Shown here piece after piece: positions 39,576 to 52,365 of a stretch of 64,000 nt of DNA (its first letter is position 1; the number at the start of each line of letters is the position of its first letter). The notes under the pieces are model-generated. The model searched no databases. It was not told the DNA's origin and saw only the letters and a list, made by a program, of their open reading frames with translations. Source of the stretch: Octopus bimaculoides (lineage: Eukaryota); the NCBI RefSeq assembly GCF_001194135.2, contig NC_068989.1, positions 45,537,811 through 45,601,810 of the forward strand, in the 5' to 3' direction. The translations under genes and the position numbers were made by a program.

Positions 39576-40467
39576 GCATACACATGCACGCATTTATATA
39601 TCGATATCAATATTGAATTTGCTGAAACTAAATGCAACACTGAATCACTCAAGGAAAAATCATGAATTCACACACAGTTATTCATATACGCGTAAATGTA
39701 TACAATGTAGAAGAAAGCTGGTACCATCTTCTCTCATGGATAGTCTGCAAAGCGTGAAATGTCCTGTCAGTAGAATAACTATCGTTTTTGTCCTTCTGTT
39801 TATCAAAACATGGAAAATACAAAACTATGTGTGCCTTTGCATTTTTCGTAGTGCAGGGTTATAATTTCCTTAAATATATATTTTTTTTGTTAGGTTCTTC
39901 TGATTCATGGTTTATTAGGCATAAATATAATTAAATTTAAGACAATTATGCAATCTGGTCATCGACTACGGCACAGGGCTAATACATGGTTGCGTTAAAT
40001 AGGAAATGTATGTTGTCTGTTATTAGTTGTGGGAAAAAAGTTAGGTACCTATACTCTGATGAATGGTATGGTCCCACTGTCTCACCACTCTATTTCCACA
40101 CATGAAAAACATGGAAAGAACATAATTATATTTATATTTTACGCACAGCAAGTATTTATTATAACTAACTTTATGCGCACACATATATATATCACGTATA
40201 CTACATGAATAAATACAAACGCGCGAACACACGCACATATACACACATATATTTAAGTAGATCTTGTTTATTATGCAATAATCAAGTTTATGAATGAAAA
40301 GAATACAAGAAATAGTCACACACAACACCTGTTTCAAAAAGGCACTGAATGCATATTATGTGTGACATTAAAAATGCTTCACATTTAACCGACGTCATTC
40401 CTCCTCAGGTGCAGACATGAATAGATACATGCATACATACATGTAAGTATGCATATACACACACACA

Positions 40468-40553
<86 letters not shown>

Positions 40554-40637
40554 ATGCTTTTGAATTCATATCTGGTTCTCGTAGCAGTATATATATGTAT
40601 GTGTATGTACATATACTCATATATGTATGTATATATA

Positions 40638-40673
<36 letters not shown>

Positions 40674-41726
40674 NNNNNNNNNNNNNNNNNNNNNNNNNNN
40701 NNNNNNNNNNNNNNNNNNNNNNNNNNNNNNNNNNNNNNNNNNNNNNNNNNNNNNNNNNNNNNNNNNNNNNNNNNNNNNNNNNNNNNNNNNNNNNNNNNNN
40801 NNNNNNNNNNNNNNNNNNNNNNNNNNNNNNNNNNNNNNNNNNNNNNNNNNNNNNNNNNNNNNNNNNNNNNNNNNNNNNNNNNNNNNNNNNNNNNNNNNNN
40901 NNNNNNNNNNNNNNNNNNNNNNNNNNNNNNNNNNNNNNNNNNNNNNNNNNNNNNNNNNNNNNNNNNNNNNNNNNNNNNNNNNNNNNNNNNNNNNNNNNNN
41001 NNNNNNNTATATACACATATAAATGCATACATCGATGCATATATACATATATATACAGTCACTAAATGACTGGAGTAACAGTAACGACACAGCTTCTATC
41101 CACATGAATGTCAAATATAAAACCTAAAAAATTGGAAAGTATGAACGTACAAGAACAAATTGTAGTCTGTGTAACATCTATATCCACGCTGTTCAGTTTT
41201 GTTCGTGAAGTGCAGACCATTTAACAAGAGGACATATCCAATAGCCTTATAACTAAAAACAGACCAATATATCTCGAGAAATAATCGTACATTCGGTGAC
41301 AGATTTTATAATTTGTCCACTCGCTGTACTGACGAGATGTAAAAAAAAGAAAAGTTATACGTTGCGTATATAAAAGAAGAAACATATATATGAATATGTG
41401 AGACTGATTGGCTAATTTGGCGCTATTAAGAAGACACGATAAAGACATTGGTAAATGGGAAGAAACGTGTTGGCGTCCTCTTGACAAGTATAGAAGCGTG
41501 GACCTCATACTTCCAAGCAGAAATATTAAAAGGAAAACAAGAGGAAGAAGAGAAATAACGAAAAAAAAGTAAATGAGATGAGTCTTTTATTTCCATTGAA
41601 GCTGCGACGCTACTCATGACAACACATACACATACACACAACACGTAATATATATCAATATACACATGTATACATATATGTATACAGACATGCATGAATG
41701 TATGTATGTATGTATGTATATGTCTG

Positions 41727-41826
<100 letters not shown>

Positions 41827-42639
41827 ATTTACATATATATACATACATATATAGAGATATATAAGACATGGTATAAATGATGGTCATGACATATAGACAT
41901 ATATATATATAAACATATATATACATATATACATATATAAACATATATAAATATATATATACATATATATAAACATATATATACATTCATATATAGACAT
42001 ATATATAAATATACATTGACGCATATATGCATATACATACACATATTTACATATATATACACACACACACACAGAGTTTTATATATAAATATCTGTACTT
42101 TTGTGGAGATGTATGCATGAATGTATGAATATGTCTGCTTGAATTCGTGCACATGTATGTGTTAGTGTGTGGATTTTATTGTCAAGGGTATGTATGTGTC
42201 AGTGAGGTTGGCGAAAAATGATTGTCTTTAATGTTCCTGTCCTTCCACGAAAGTAGTTATCCCGTAGAAATGGAGAAATGCTTTTATATTTTATTTATAT
42301 TTTCTCTCGTATTTTATTTATTTTATTTCTTTTTCTACTTGTCACTTAAAAACGGTAGATCATTATATGAGAGGAAGCAAAAATAAAAAAAAAAGGATAG
42401 AACTACATAAAAAATATATGTGTGTACAAGAATAAAACTAGAGATTCTTAGTTGAATTAAAGTCAATCCCTATTTTGATGTAAACATAGATTGCCATTAG
42501 CAGAAGCTACATTTAGTAACATTACATTTTATTAAAACGATCATCTCACCGCTGATTTGATAGCTACATAAAATACCAGTTACACATATTTACTATTTCT
42601 TCCTTTTATTTTCCTTCTTCTACTCCCCCCCTCCTCCCC

Positions 42640-42672
42640 TCCTCCTCCCATCCTCTCCTCCTCCTCCTCCTG

Positions 42673-42733
<61 letters not shown>

Positions 42734-42808
42734 TACTACTACACCTACTACTACTACTGCTCCTTAACAATTCGAATATTTTGCTATCATCATCATTATT
42801 ATTGTTAT

Positions 42809-42844
<36 letters not shown>

Positions 42845-42922
42845 CACTACTACTACTCCTTAACTATTTGAATATTTTGCTATCATCATCATCAGCATCA
42901 TCATCATCATTATTATTCGTAT

Positions 42923-42987
<65 letters not shown>
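42640..42987. repeat. (CCT)n/(TAC)n microsatellite mosaic with a duplicated non-repetitive core
   Basis: ctccttaac.att.gaatattttgctatcatcatc occurs at about 42760 and 42855, each embedded in (TAC)n. Confidence 0.85.
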
Positions 42988-43205
42988 AAGCGACGAACTG
43001 GCAGAGTCTTTAGTGCGCCGGGCGAAATGCTTAGCGATATTTCGTCTGTCATTACGTTCTGAGTTCAAATTCAGCCGAGGTCGACTCTGCCTTTTATCCT
43101 TTCAGGGTCGATAAATTAAGTAATAGTTGTGTACTGGGGTCGATGTGACCTACTTCCCCCGTCCCACACAATCCAGGCCTTGTGCATATAGTAGAAAGGA
43201 TTATT
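42988..43205 (+). mobile_element. SINE family A copy
   Basis: gcgacgaactggcagag...gggcgaaatgcttagcg...gttctgagttcaaattcagccgaggtcgactctgcc...ggccttgtgcatatagtagaaaggattatt. Confidence 0.85.
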
Positions 43206-43314
43206 TTGGATGTTTTTGCTAATATTATTATTATTAATATTATTGTTTTTGCTGTTTTTTTTACTATTATCTGTATTTTGTGGTCAATATATGATATTAT
43301 CATCATCTCCAACA

Positions 43315-43503
<189 letters not shown>

Positions 43504-44025
43504 ATTCCCTCATCCTTGCTTTATTCTTTCTCTGTGAATTTGAACTGGAAATAGTTCAAATTCTGTTACTTGTCTTTTTTAAGAGGATAATTTAATCACT
43601 AAGTTGGTATAAATATGAAAAATGAAAGTCTTTTGAACAATACCTATGAAAGATATATATATATATTGGTATGCGCGGCTTGCAAAAATAGCTTCATTTA
43701 AATTCAATTTGCTTTTAATGTAATCTGACGTTGAAATTCTGGCTTCTTAAATCTTATAGTAGTTCAATATTTAGCATTCATTAACACGGTGGAAGTAATT
43801 TTTTATTGTAATTCTAGATGTATGCTCAAATTAAAAAAGAAAAAGATTCTGTAGAATCCATAACCAAATGGATAATTGAATCACAACTAAACAATTTTTT
43901 TTTTTTCAAGAAAATGTTATCCATGGAGAATCGCGGTAAAGCTCTTATCTCCATCAGTCTTGTCCATTGAAAAGGATTGTTACTCAACAAAGAATATAGA
44001 GTGGTCCAGTTTTTTGAAGATTCTA

Positions 44026-44072
<47 letters not shown>

Positions 44073-44803
44073 GTCATTAAGAATGAAATGTCCGATTTTC
44101 TTATGCGCCAAATTTGACAGTCGCTAACTGTAATGATTTATCCTGAAAATTCTGATTGGCAATTAGTTTCTGGGAGTGAAAGAGAGAGAGCTAGCTTGGA
44201 TTCCTGGGTACATGAATGTCCGTAAAATATATGACCCAACTGTGAGGAAGATAATACAATACGGGAGGATTTTCGAGACTAAGTTTTTCAACCAGTCATA
44301 GGGACTAGTTTTATGGAAATGATACTCTGGTGCAGAGACTCTTGTTTGCAAAGTGTTATGCCTACAGTGTATTATTGCACAGTGGGTTATCAGTTGTGCA
44401 GCAGATCCTAACACTTACCTGTTATAAGAAATCTAAATATCTACTGCAGCAGTAAATTAAGAAGTTGTAGAGAACCTTGTGGAAATGCCTTGCTCGTGAT
44501 ATTCAAGCTACCTCTCATGCAAATGACAGCAAGACGTTCAGACATTTTATGAAGCAAGGTTACAGGCTTAAGAGTCCCGCATCAGCTCCTTTGCTTTCCA
44601 AGCTAGGCCCCATCCTTCTTACTAAGTCAACAGAAATAGGAGGTAGCCGGATTGAACATTTTTTATGAACTTTTAACCCGTGAGATTTATGTAAATGAAG
44701 CAGGAATTGTCCCTATTCAACGAAGACATGTCATCTTCTCCGGGGACTATGCACTTTAACTGTAGTAGTAGCAATAATTGAATTGTATCTTGGTAACGTA
44801 ATC

Positions 44804-45060
44804 TGTCACGTACAATAAATAAGATAACCAGACAACAGTAAAGACAATGTAACGAACTAACAAATCTCTTTACGAACCAACAATCAATATTCCTTGTGAA
44901 CCAACCGACCGACACCTTCCAACTTCACTGTGAACTAACACTAACTTCACTCAGCTCCGAACTCTGAACTTTGAACTCATTCTGATCGTTACTATTTATA
45001 CTTTATTCGGACTAGTCTATCTCTCGCAAGAGGGCGTCGTAACTCTCTCTTATCACAACA
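44804..45060 (-). mobile_element. Candidate solo LTR
   Basis: About 255 bp with TGT...ACA termini and TATAAAT on the minus strand. No matching TSD and no AATAAA on that strand. Confidence 0.3.
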
Positions 45061-45380
45061 GCTACCCTTTTGAGATTTCGACTACTGTGAGAAACTGGAA
45101 TTTCTTATATTTTCTTTTCTTCCCAGAACCTCTCCCTCTTTTTCTTATTTTATTTTAGCTCTTGTATCTTAATTGTTACCCGGCTTTTAACTTAAGGTAG
45201 TCTTGTTCGTTGCACACAGCACTTTTTGTTTTCGTTGTACTAATCACTCTTGTTAGCACTCTTTGTATATATATATATATATATATATATTACACTTCTA
45301 TATTTAAGAGATGAGGAATTATTTACATTATTTACATTATTTACATTTGACGGATATTCGTCCTCATCTTGTTTGTTGTT

Positions 45381-45426
45381 AACACAACGTTTCGGCTGAT
45401 ATACCCTCCAGCTTTCGTCAGGTGTC
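45381..45426 (-). ncRNA. Minimal type I hammerhead-like motif (inverted terminal copy)
   Basis: GACAC-CUGACGA-AAGCUG(gagggtatat)CAGCC-GAAA-C-GUU-GUGUU; one A-C mismatch at the base of stem II. Confidence 0.55.
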
Positions 45427-46773
45427 TTGGGGAAATTTCGAACCTGGGTTCTCATTCCTATCGATGTTACTATTATTGAATCCAACCAGATGGTGAGTCT
45501 AGATGTGATAAGTCTATTCACCAAAGTCCCAACTGGTGAAGCACTATCGGTGATTCAAGAAAAACTAGTGACAGACACCCATCTAAAAGAACGAACTAGT
45601 ATACCAATAACAAACTTGAGGGAAATGTTGACTTTCTGTGTAGAAACTACCTACTTCAGTATGGACACTGATATATATCGACATGAAGATGGTTTAGCTA
45701 TGGGTTCGCCATTATCACCGATAATAGCCAATATATACATGGAATACTTCGAGAATTTGGTTTTAGGATCAACACCACTAAAACCAACCCTATGGCTGCG
45801 ATACGTTGATGACACCTTTATTCTCTGGCCCCACCAGCAAGATGTCCAAATGCTGTTAGATCATGTGNNNNNNNNNNNNNNNNNNNNNNNNNNNNNNNNN
45901 NNNNNNNNNNNNNNNNNNNNNNNNNNNNNNNNNNNNNNNNNNNNNNNNNNNNNNNNNNNNNNNNNNNNNNNNNNNNNNNNNNNNNNNNNNNNNNNNNNNN
46001 NNNNNNNNNNNNNNNNNNNNNNNNNNNNNNNNNNNNNNNNNNNNNNNNNNNNNNNNNNNNNNNNNNNNNNNNNNNNNNNNNNNNNNNNNNNNNNNNNNNN
46101 NNNNNNNNNNNNNNNNNNNNNNNNNNNNNNNNNNNNNNNNNNNNNNNNNNNNNNNNNNNNNNNNNNNNNNNNNNNNNNNNNNNNNNNNNNNNNNNNNNNN
46201 NNNNNNNNNNNNNNNNNNNNNNNNNNNNNNNNNNNNNNNNNNNNNNNNNNNNNNNNNNNNNNNNNNNNNNNNNNNNNNNNNNNNNNNNNNNNNNNNNNNN
46301 NNNNNNNNNNNNNNNNNNNNNNNNNNNNNNNNNNNNNNNNNNNNNNNNNNNNNNNNNNNNNNNNNNNNNNNNNNNNNNNNNNNNNNNNNNNNNNNNNNNN
46401 NNNNNNNNNNNNNNNNNNNNNNNNNNNNNNNNNNNNNNNNNNNNNNNNNNNNNNNNNNNNNNNNNNNNNNNNNNNNNNNNNNNNNNNNNNNNNNNNNNNN
46501 NNNNNNNNNNNNNNNNNNNNNNNNNNNNNNNNNNNNNNNNNNNNNNNNNNNNNNNNNNNNNNNNNNNNNNNNNNNNNNNNNNNNNNNNNNNNNNNNNNNN
46601 NNNNNNNNNNNNNNNNNNNNNNNNNNNNNNNNNNNNNNNNNNNNNNNNNNNNNNNNNNNNNNNNNNNNNNNNNNNNNNNGTGCAGATATGAATAGCATAT
46701 GGGAACCGGTATTGAGGAAGGATAGAAAAATAATAGATTTATAAGCCTTAAAATTCACCCCATAATTGCCCAC

Positions 46774-46846
46774 GGGCATATGGCGTAGTGGTTAAGAGCG
46801 CGGGCTACTAGCCCCAAGGTTCCGAGTTCGATTCACGGCAGCGACC
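46774..46846 (+). other. tRNA-like Pol III promoter module inside the PLE 3' region (not a functional tRNA gene)
   Basis: A box TGGCGTAGTGG (46781-46791), B-box-like GAGTTCGATTC (46824-46834), anticodon-like arm cggg-CTACTAG-cccc; acceptor stem does not pair well. Confidence 0.7.
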
Positions 46847-46928
46847 TGATTAATAATAATAATATAATAATAATAATAATAATAGTAACATCGATAGGAA
46901 TGAGAACCCAGGTTCGAAATTTCCCCAA

Positions 46929-46974
46929 GACACCTGACGAAGGCTGGAGGGTATATCAGCCGAAACGTTGTGTT
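46929..46974 (+). ncRNA. Minimal type I hammerhead-like motif
   Basis: Stem I GACAC/GUGUU, core CUGACGA (46934-46940), stem II GGCUG/CAGCC, GAAA (46962-46965), palindromic AACGUU stem III, putative cleavage triplet GUU. Confidence 0.6.
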
Positions 46975-47035
46975 AACAACAAACAAGATGAGGACGAATA
47001 TCCGTCAAATGTAAATAATATATATATACTTGTAT

Positions 47036-47236
47036 ATGTTTGTGTGTCTGTGTTAGTTCTCTCACCATCGCTTGATGTTGGTGTGTTTATGTCACCATAA
47101 CTTAGAAGTTCGGCAACAGAACCGATAGAATAAGTACTAGGCTTACAAAGAATAAGTCCTACGGTTGAACGGTCGATTTGTTCGACTAAAGGTGGCGTAC
47201 CAGCATGACTGCAGTCAAATGACTGAAACAAGTAAT
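47036..47236 (+). mobile_element. SINE family B 3' half
   Basis: ccatcgcttga...gaaccgatagaataagtactaggcttacaaagaataagtcc...gcagtcaaatgactgaaacaagtaa. Confidence 0.8.
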
Positions 47237-48689
47237 ATATATAAATGCATGTGTGTATGTAATATAATATAATATAATATGATATAATATTATATAATAT
47301 ATATATGGGCACACGCAAACGCACAAATATACACTTGCACGCGCATGAGTGTAGTTCGGCTCAGTATACCGAATCACGGCGCATATATTGATTTAGCTAG
47401 GATAGATTATCTAAAATCTAAGCAAGACGTGTTTGCTGTACCATTCTCGATCCAGCTTAATATATCATTCACGATATAGATATAAGCGAGCTGTAGGATA
47501 TTAATATGAATGTATTGTACTTTCTATATCATAAAATCCTACAGAAAATTAGATTAGTGACAGAGAGTGTTGTCGAAATAAATGTGTATCAGATCTGTGA
47601 TAGATTGGAATTATTATATGCATTACTGATTGCTCTTTGCTTATTATTACTAAAGTGATAAAGGAGACTATAAGTATTAAAAATATGATTACTGAGATTA
47701 ATGTTGGCAGATTTCTGAAATGTTGGATTTTGCATTTATAATATAATATAAAACAATACGCGTTTCTTATATCATTAATGATGTGATCTGTAATGTTATC
47801 AGGTAATGAATATAATACGTCAAGAATTACAGCCAATTAATTCCACCGAAGTGTTGACAGCTAAAATTTCTCATTCAGTAAATCTGCTACGTTGTGTATA
47901 TGTATTGTTATTTTATTTATGTATTTTTGAGAACCATTAAACAAACATCGGAAATATTTTAATTACGATCTAATGTTAGTAAATGATCTCCATTTAAACC
48001 AATTTCCCAACTGTTTTCCAACCCTTAGAAAATGTTTGGTTGATTTTCTTACGGCCAACAAAATTAACATCTAGTTTGAAACTTAAAAAGAGAAAGATAA
48101 TAAGGAATTGTCCAAAGAAAAATTTCTGTTGTTTTTATCTAAATTGAACCACATACATTGTTGTGGGTGAATAAATTAAAGTAAATCAATTATATTTTGA
48201 GCTTGGGCTGAAAATGAAAATGTTAGCCGAGCAAATAGACAACAGAAAGCCTCTTAACAGCGAAATCACGATTGTGAACATAAAATTCAATGATGCCTAT
48301 GTTCCTGTTCTTTTATCAAGATTTTATCAAATCATGAGACATTCTGGCTGCCTGGATCTGCAGTTTTGCCAATAGATTCAGGGTTTTCTTAGAGTTTGTC
48401 TTGATTAAAAAACAGAGAATTAAATTTACATTCACTCAAGCAAGATACTACAAATGATATCAGAACGCATTTGTCACAATTTCTTAAGGGTAAAATCTGA
48501 ATAACTAGAATATTAATGTTCATAGTGTTCCTGATAATGTTAATTTTAACTTTTGCTTCATTTTATCCTGAAAATCGATTTTAATAAATTATGTGCTTCT
48601 GCTTTTGTTGTACACGCTGCGATGCCATCTTGCACTTTCAAGGGGAGTGGACAATCCAAACTGGGAACTTCTACCTTAGATAGCTATTG

Positions 48690-48902
48690 ATTTCAAATTT
48701 TAGCACAACGCCAGCATGTTATGTGTGGCGGGGTAAGTCGTCTACATCGGCCTCAGTGCTTAACTGATACTTATTTTATCAACTTCCGAAAGGATGAAAG
48801 ACAAAGTCGACCTCGGTGGAATTTGGACTCAGAAAGTAAAGGTGAACGAAATACCGCTCAGCATTTTGCACGGCGTGCTAACGACTCTGACAGCTCACCG
48901 AC
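48690..48902 (-). mobile_element. SINE family A copy
   Basis: gaaaggatgaaagacaaagtcgacctcggtggaatttggactcagaa...gaaataccgctcagcatttt...gctaacgactctgacagctc. Confidence 0.8.
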
Positions 48903-49530
48903 TTAGCTATGTTATTAACAGCGTAACAATATCTCATGATCCAATAATTATATAGGCACCACGCTAAACTTTTTCAGTAAATAATGGAAGAGACGAAGAT
49001 ATACTGGAATGGTACTCCTTTGCTGCCTATAGCAGTCCCATCTAGAGGTATTTTATTCATCAAGAACGACACCGAAGTTGCATAGATGTGTAACAGCCTA
49101 CCGATACAGGGTAAAGGTGATTGACATGTGATAGAATTTAATGTGCTTGCTGACGTGTAGAACCATTTCGTCTGATCTGGTAAATTTTATTGAGATGATA
49201 TGTTATACTGACGTCTAGTGGAGCTTATTAGTATATGATATATCTAAGTTGCGCGCCAGATGTCTAGCAATGTGATTTAATTTTGTATTATATATCCATC
49301 TTTATTTCACCATCCAAGAGCTCAACATTTGGAACAACGAGACAACCTGTGCATAATTACTGTATCAGTAAGAAATAGTAGCAAATCTTCCTCAATTTAT
49401 TCTCTACCGTTCTAAATTAGAAGACATGATACTTACGGTTGGAATAACTCGTTTTAGATTAGAAGACTTTGTAGTTACGGTTGGAATAACTCTGTTCACT
49501 CAGAGTTCACCTGGGGCTTTGAAAAAAAAG

Positions 49531-49569
49531 TATCATCATCGTCGTCGTCGTAGTCGTCGTCGTCGTCGT

Positions 49570-49611
<42 letters not shown>

Positions 49612-49668
49612 CAACAACAACAACAACGACGACGACGACGACGACGACGACAGCAACAACGACAACAA
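49531..49668. repeat. Compound triplet repeat (TCG)n(TCA)n(CAG)n(CAA)n(GAC)n
   Basis: Directly visible. Confidence 0.95.
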
Positions 49669-51477
49669 TCAATGCGTAGATTGACATGTCAGAAAGAATA
49701 ACTTCATCTCGGTCAAACCAGTTTGAAAGAAGACATAATGAATTAATGAATAAGATAGTTATGGATTGACGAGAGACAAATAAATTTACTGAAACTGCTG
49801 ACTAAATTTATTATAAGCGTCTTCCAAAGAAGACGCTTAAATTCATTACATTCTTTCAATCTAAGTGAAACTCTGACCAACTTGTTTCTGCTATCTATAT
49901 GTATAATAACGGTTTAAACGAATTGAATTCACTATTTTATTGAGTCGTAATACCCCAAATTTTCAAACAATACCTTTGCTATTATTATTGTAATCCATAA
50001 ATCCCTTCGTAATCTTAAGCAATTTGCTGTAGCCAATCAGCACGTCGCTTGCATTATGACATCATATATTTCTTCAGTCTATCCTGACATCTTAATTCAC
50101 TTCAACTCATTTATCATTTACAGTTAACACAATAGGTGACACCAAGATAATGTCTGATTTTCTCTATATATTTTTTTTAATGATGAAAGCAATGAAGAAT
50201 AAATTGCTTCCTGACAAACGAAAATCGATAACTCAGCACAGTATTATTCTGAATATTCCGCAACATATATTTATTAATTACGGTAACATGTGCTGTTCAA
50301 CAAGTACATGTTTGCATATTAACTTCTATGTCTATTCTCAAATTTTACCATATCTATATATTCAATAATACATAGAACAGCCTAAAGTATTTCTAATATA
50401 CCTGCATATGAATTCAAATATATTCCAGTCTCACATATTACAAACAGCATGCTAATAATATTTCATTATCAATTAACGAGATAACAATTAATATAGATAG
50501 AGAAGAATCAGCGTTGTGATTTTAGTATTCATCTATCTCAATTTTTAACAATAATATATCACAGTATTGTGTTTCTTTTTTCCTTTAGTTTCTGGTAAAC
50601 TCCGATCAAGCAGAACCATGATATGATCAAAAACGTTTAAGTCAATCATCCCGTTATCTGTTTAACGACATGATGTATCCAACTGAACATTAGTAATGTT
50701 TGTTATATTTTAGCAAACGTTGAGGATGTCATTTGAGGGGAGGGGGAATCATAAGTGATCAGATTATTTGACTAGCTTTTCGATTTTCACTTCTAAACAA
50801 TTTGGATGATGTACAAAACATATTAAATGTCAACGAAATCCGGTCTCTCTTGAGATTTGAGCTTAAGTATCCATCTTTATATGTTCAGTATTGAAAGATT
50901 TGAATACTTACCAAACTGTAAATTTGAAGAAATTAGGATTAGGGGTTACAAGCTCCAATACCTAACGCAAACGGATATATTTATATTGCCAATTTAGGTC
51001 TCATGTGTAAATGGATGTGTGAGAGTGCGTGTGTGTATCTGTGTGTTTATAGTTTTAGTAAAACCAAAAAGGGAAATAAAACTCAATAAATAAGTATATT
51101 TATCTCAATAATTGACAAGAGCTTATTCGAGTGACTCAAAAGTCATGACTTTCGCACATGGAACTTATCAAAATATTATAAGTCTTGGGAACGGATTTTT
51201 CGACCCTGCCATCACTTATGTAACATTATATTCTACCGTTGTATAAAGTAGACAAGGGTACGTAGCATTCCATCAATTAACAAGGTAAAACATTATCCTA
51301 AATGCAAAAACAAACAGAAAACAGACGCGGAAATGTCACCAGTTTGTCATCCGTTATCGGCTACCGGGTCAAGTGCAATTTCGCGCCCTTGGCCCGCTGG
51401 CCGATTGCTAAAGAGGAATTGGTGAATTCCTGTATGTTTTACGCTTTTGTTTTGTTTGTACATTTATTATGTTTTTG

Positions 51478-51600
<123 letters not shown>

Positions 51601-51700
51601 TTACAGATATAGGGTAAAAACTGATAATTAATTAATAATTAGTAATTTTACCAAGTAGTTTGGTGTGTTAAAAAACCATTATCGGTAAACTTATATAAAT

Positions 51701-52331
51701 ATAATTAAAATCAGGGTTTAGCAAGAATTGCTTCACCACACACCGAAAATTAGAAATAGCAGCCAAAACTACTATTTCACTACCAAAATATAACTCCCAG
51801 ACAGCAACACTCGCAACTTAACACACGCAAAAAAGAAAAAATAACAAATCCACCCGGCTTTGATTAACTGTATACGCATTTCAGGATTAAAGAGGTGTAA
51901 ATTATATTACCCGAACTTACTTCCTTCATCAGTACAGTATTTCAAAATTATAAATCCGAGAATGCTAATAAAATTGAGGAGTGATACGATTTCCTTACTC
52001 GTCTATATGAATTCGGAAATGCTGTTCCTGGATAATCTTTTGATGTCGCTTGATCGAATTAATTATTCTTTTATTAGCATTCTCGGATTTATAATTTTGA
52101 AATACTGTACTGAAGGAAGTAAGTTCGGGAAATAAAATTTACACCTCTTTAATCCTGAAACGCGTACACAGTTAATGAAAGCCGGCTGTATTCGTAATTT
52201 TTTTTCTTTTTTTGTCTGTGTTAAGCTGCAAGTGTTGCTGTCTGGGAGATATATTTTGGTAGTAAAATAGTAGTTTTGACTGCTATTTCTAATTTTCGGT
52301 GTGTGGTGAAGCAATTCTTGCTGAACCCTAA

Positions 52332-52341
<10 letters not shown>
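51701..52341. repeat. Long inverted repeat: arms 51701-51973 and 52069-52341, 95-bp spacer
   Basis: Manual alignment of arm 1 with the reverse complement of arm 2 gives roughly 90% identity (about 20 substitutions, small indels). Confidence 0.95.

Positions 52342-52365
<24 letters not shown>

Larger units (their letters stand above)
45298..47008 (+). mobile_element. 5'-truncated Penelope-like element with inverted partial terminal repeat
   Basis: RT: MVSLDVISLFTKVP...DGLAMGSPLSPIIANIYMEYFE...WLRYVDDTFILW; N-gap 45868-46679; ORF end ADMNSIWEPVL...* at 46744. 45298-45467 is the reverse complement of the 46878-47008 module plus extra tail. Confidence 0.9.

Noticed and set aside
44069-44680. Tc1-like terminal sequence caggtcattaagaatgaaatgtccg after (TA)n
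   Set aside because: No matching second TIR or transposase motif found.
46774-46846. Possible genuine tRNA-Ser(ACT) gene
   Set aside because: Acceptor stem pairs poorly, there is no long variable arm and no oligo-T terminator, and it is embedded in a retroelement.
47500-47836. Hydrophobic minus ORF resembling GPCR TM1-TM2 (LSVTNLIFC in another frame)
   Set aside because: AT-rich DNA yields I/L/F-rich peptides; no GN motif and no downstream helices.
49426-49701. 91-aa poly-R/H/Q ORF
   Set aside because: Product of the compound triplet repeat; flanks are not protein-like.
51330-51410. Short GC-rich patch as a possible promoter
   Set aside because: Only about 80 bp, with no associated gene start or clear motif set.
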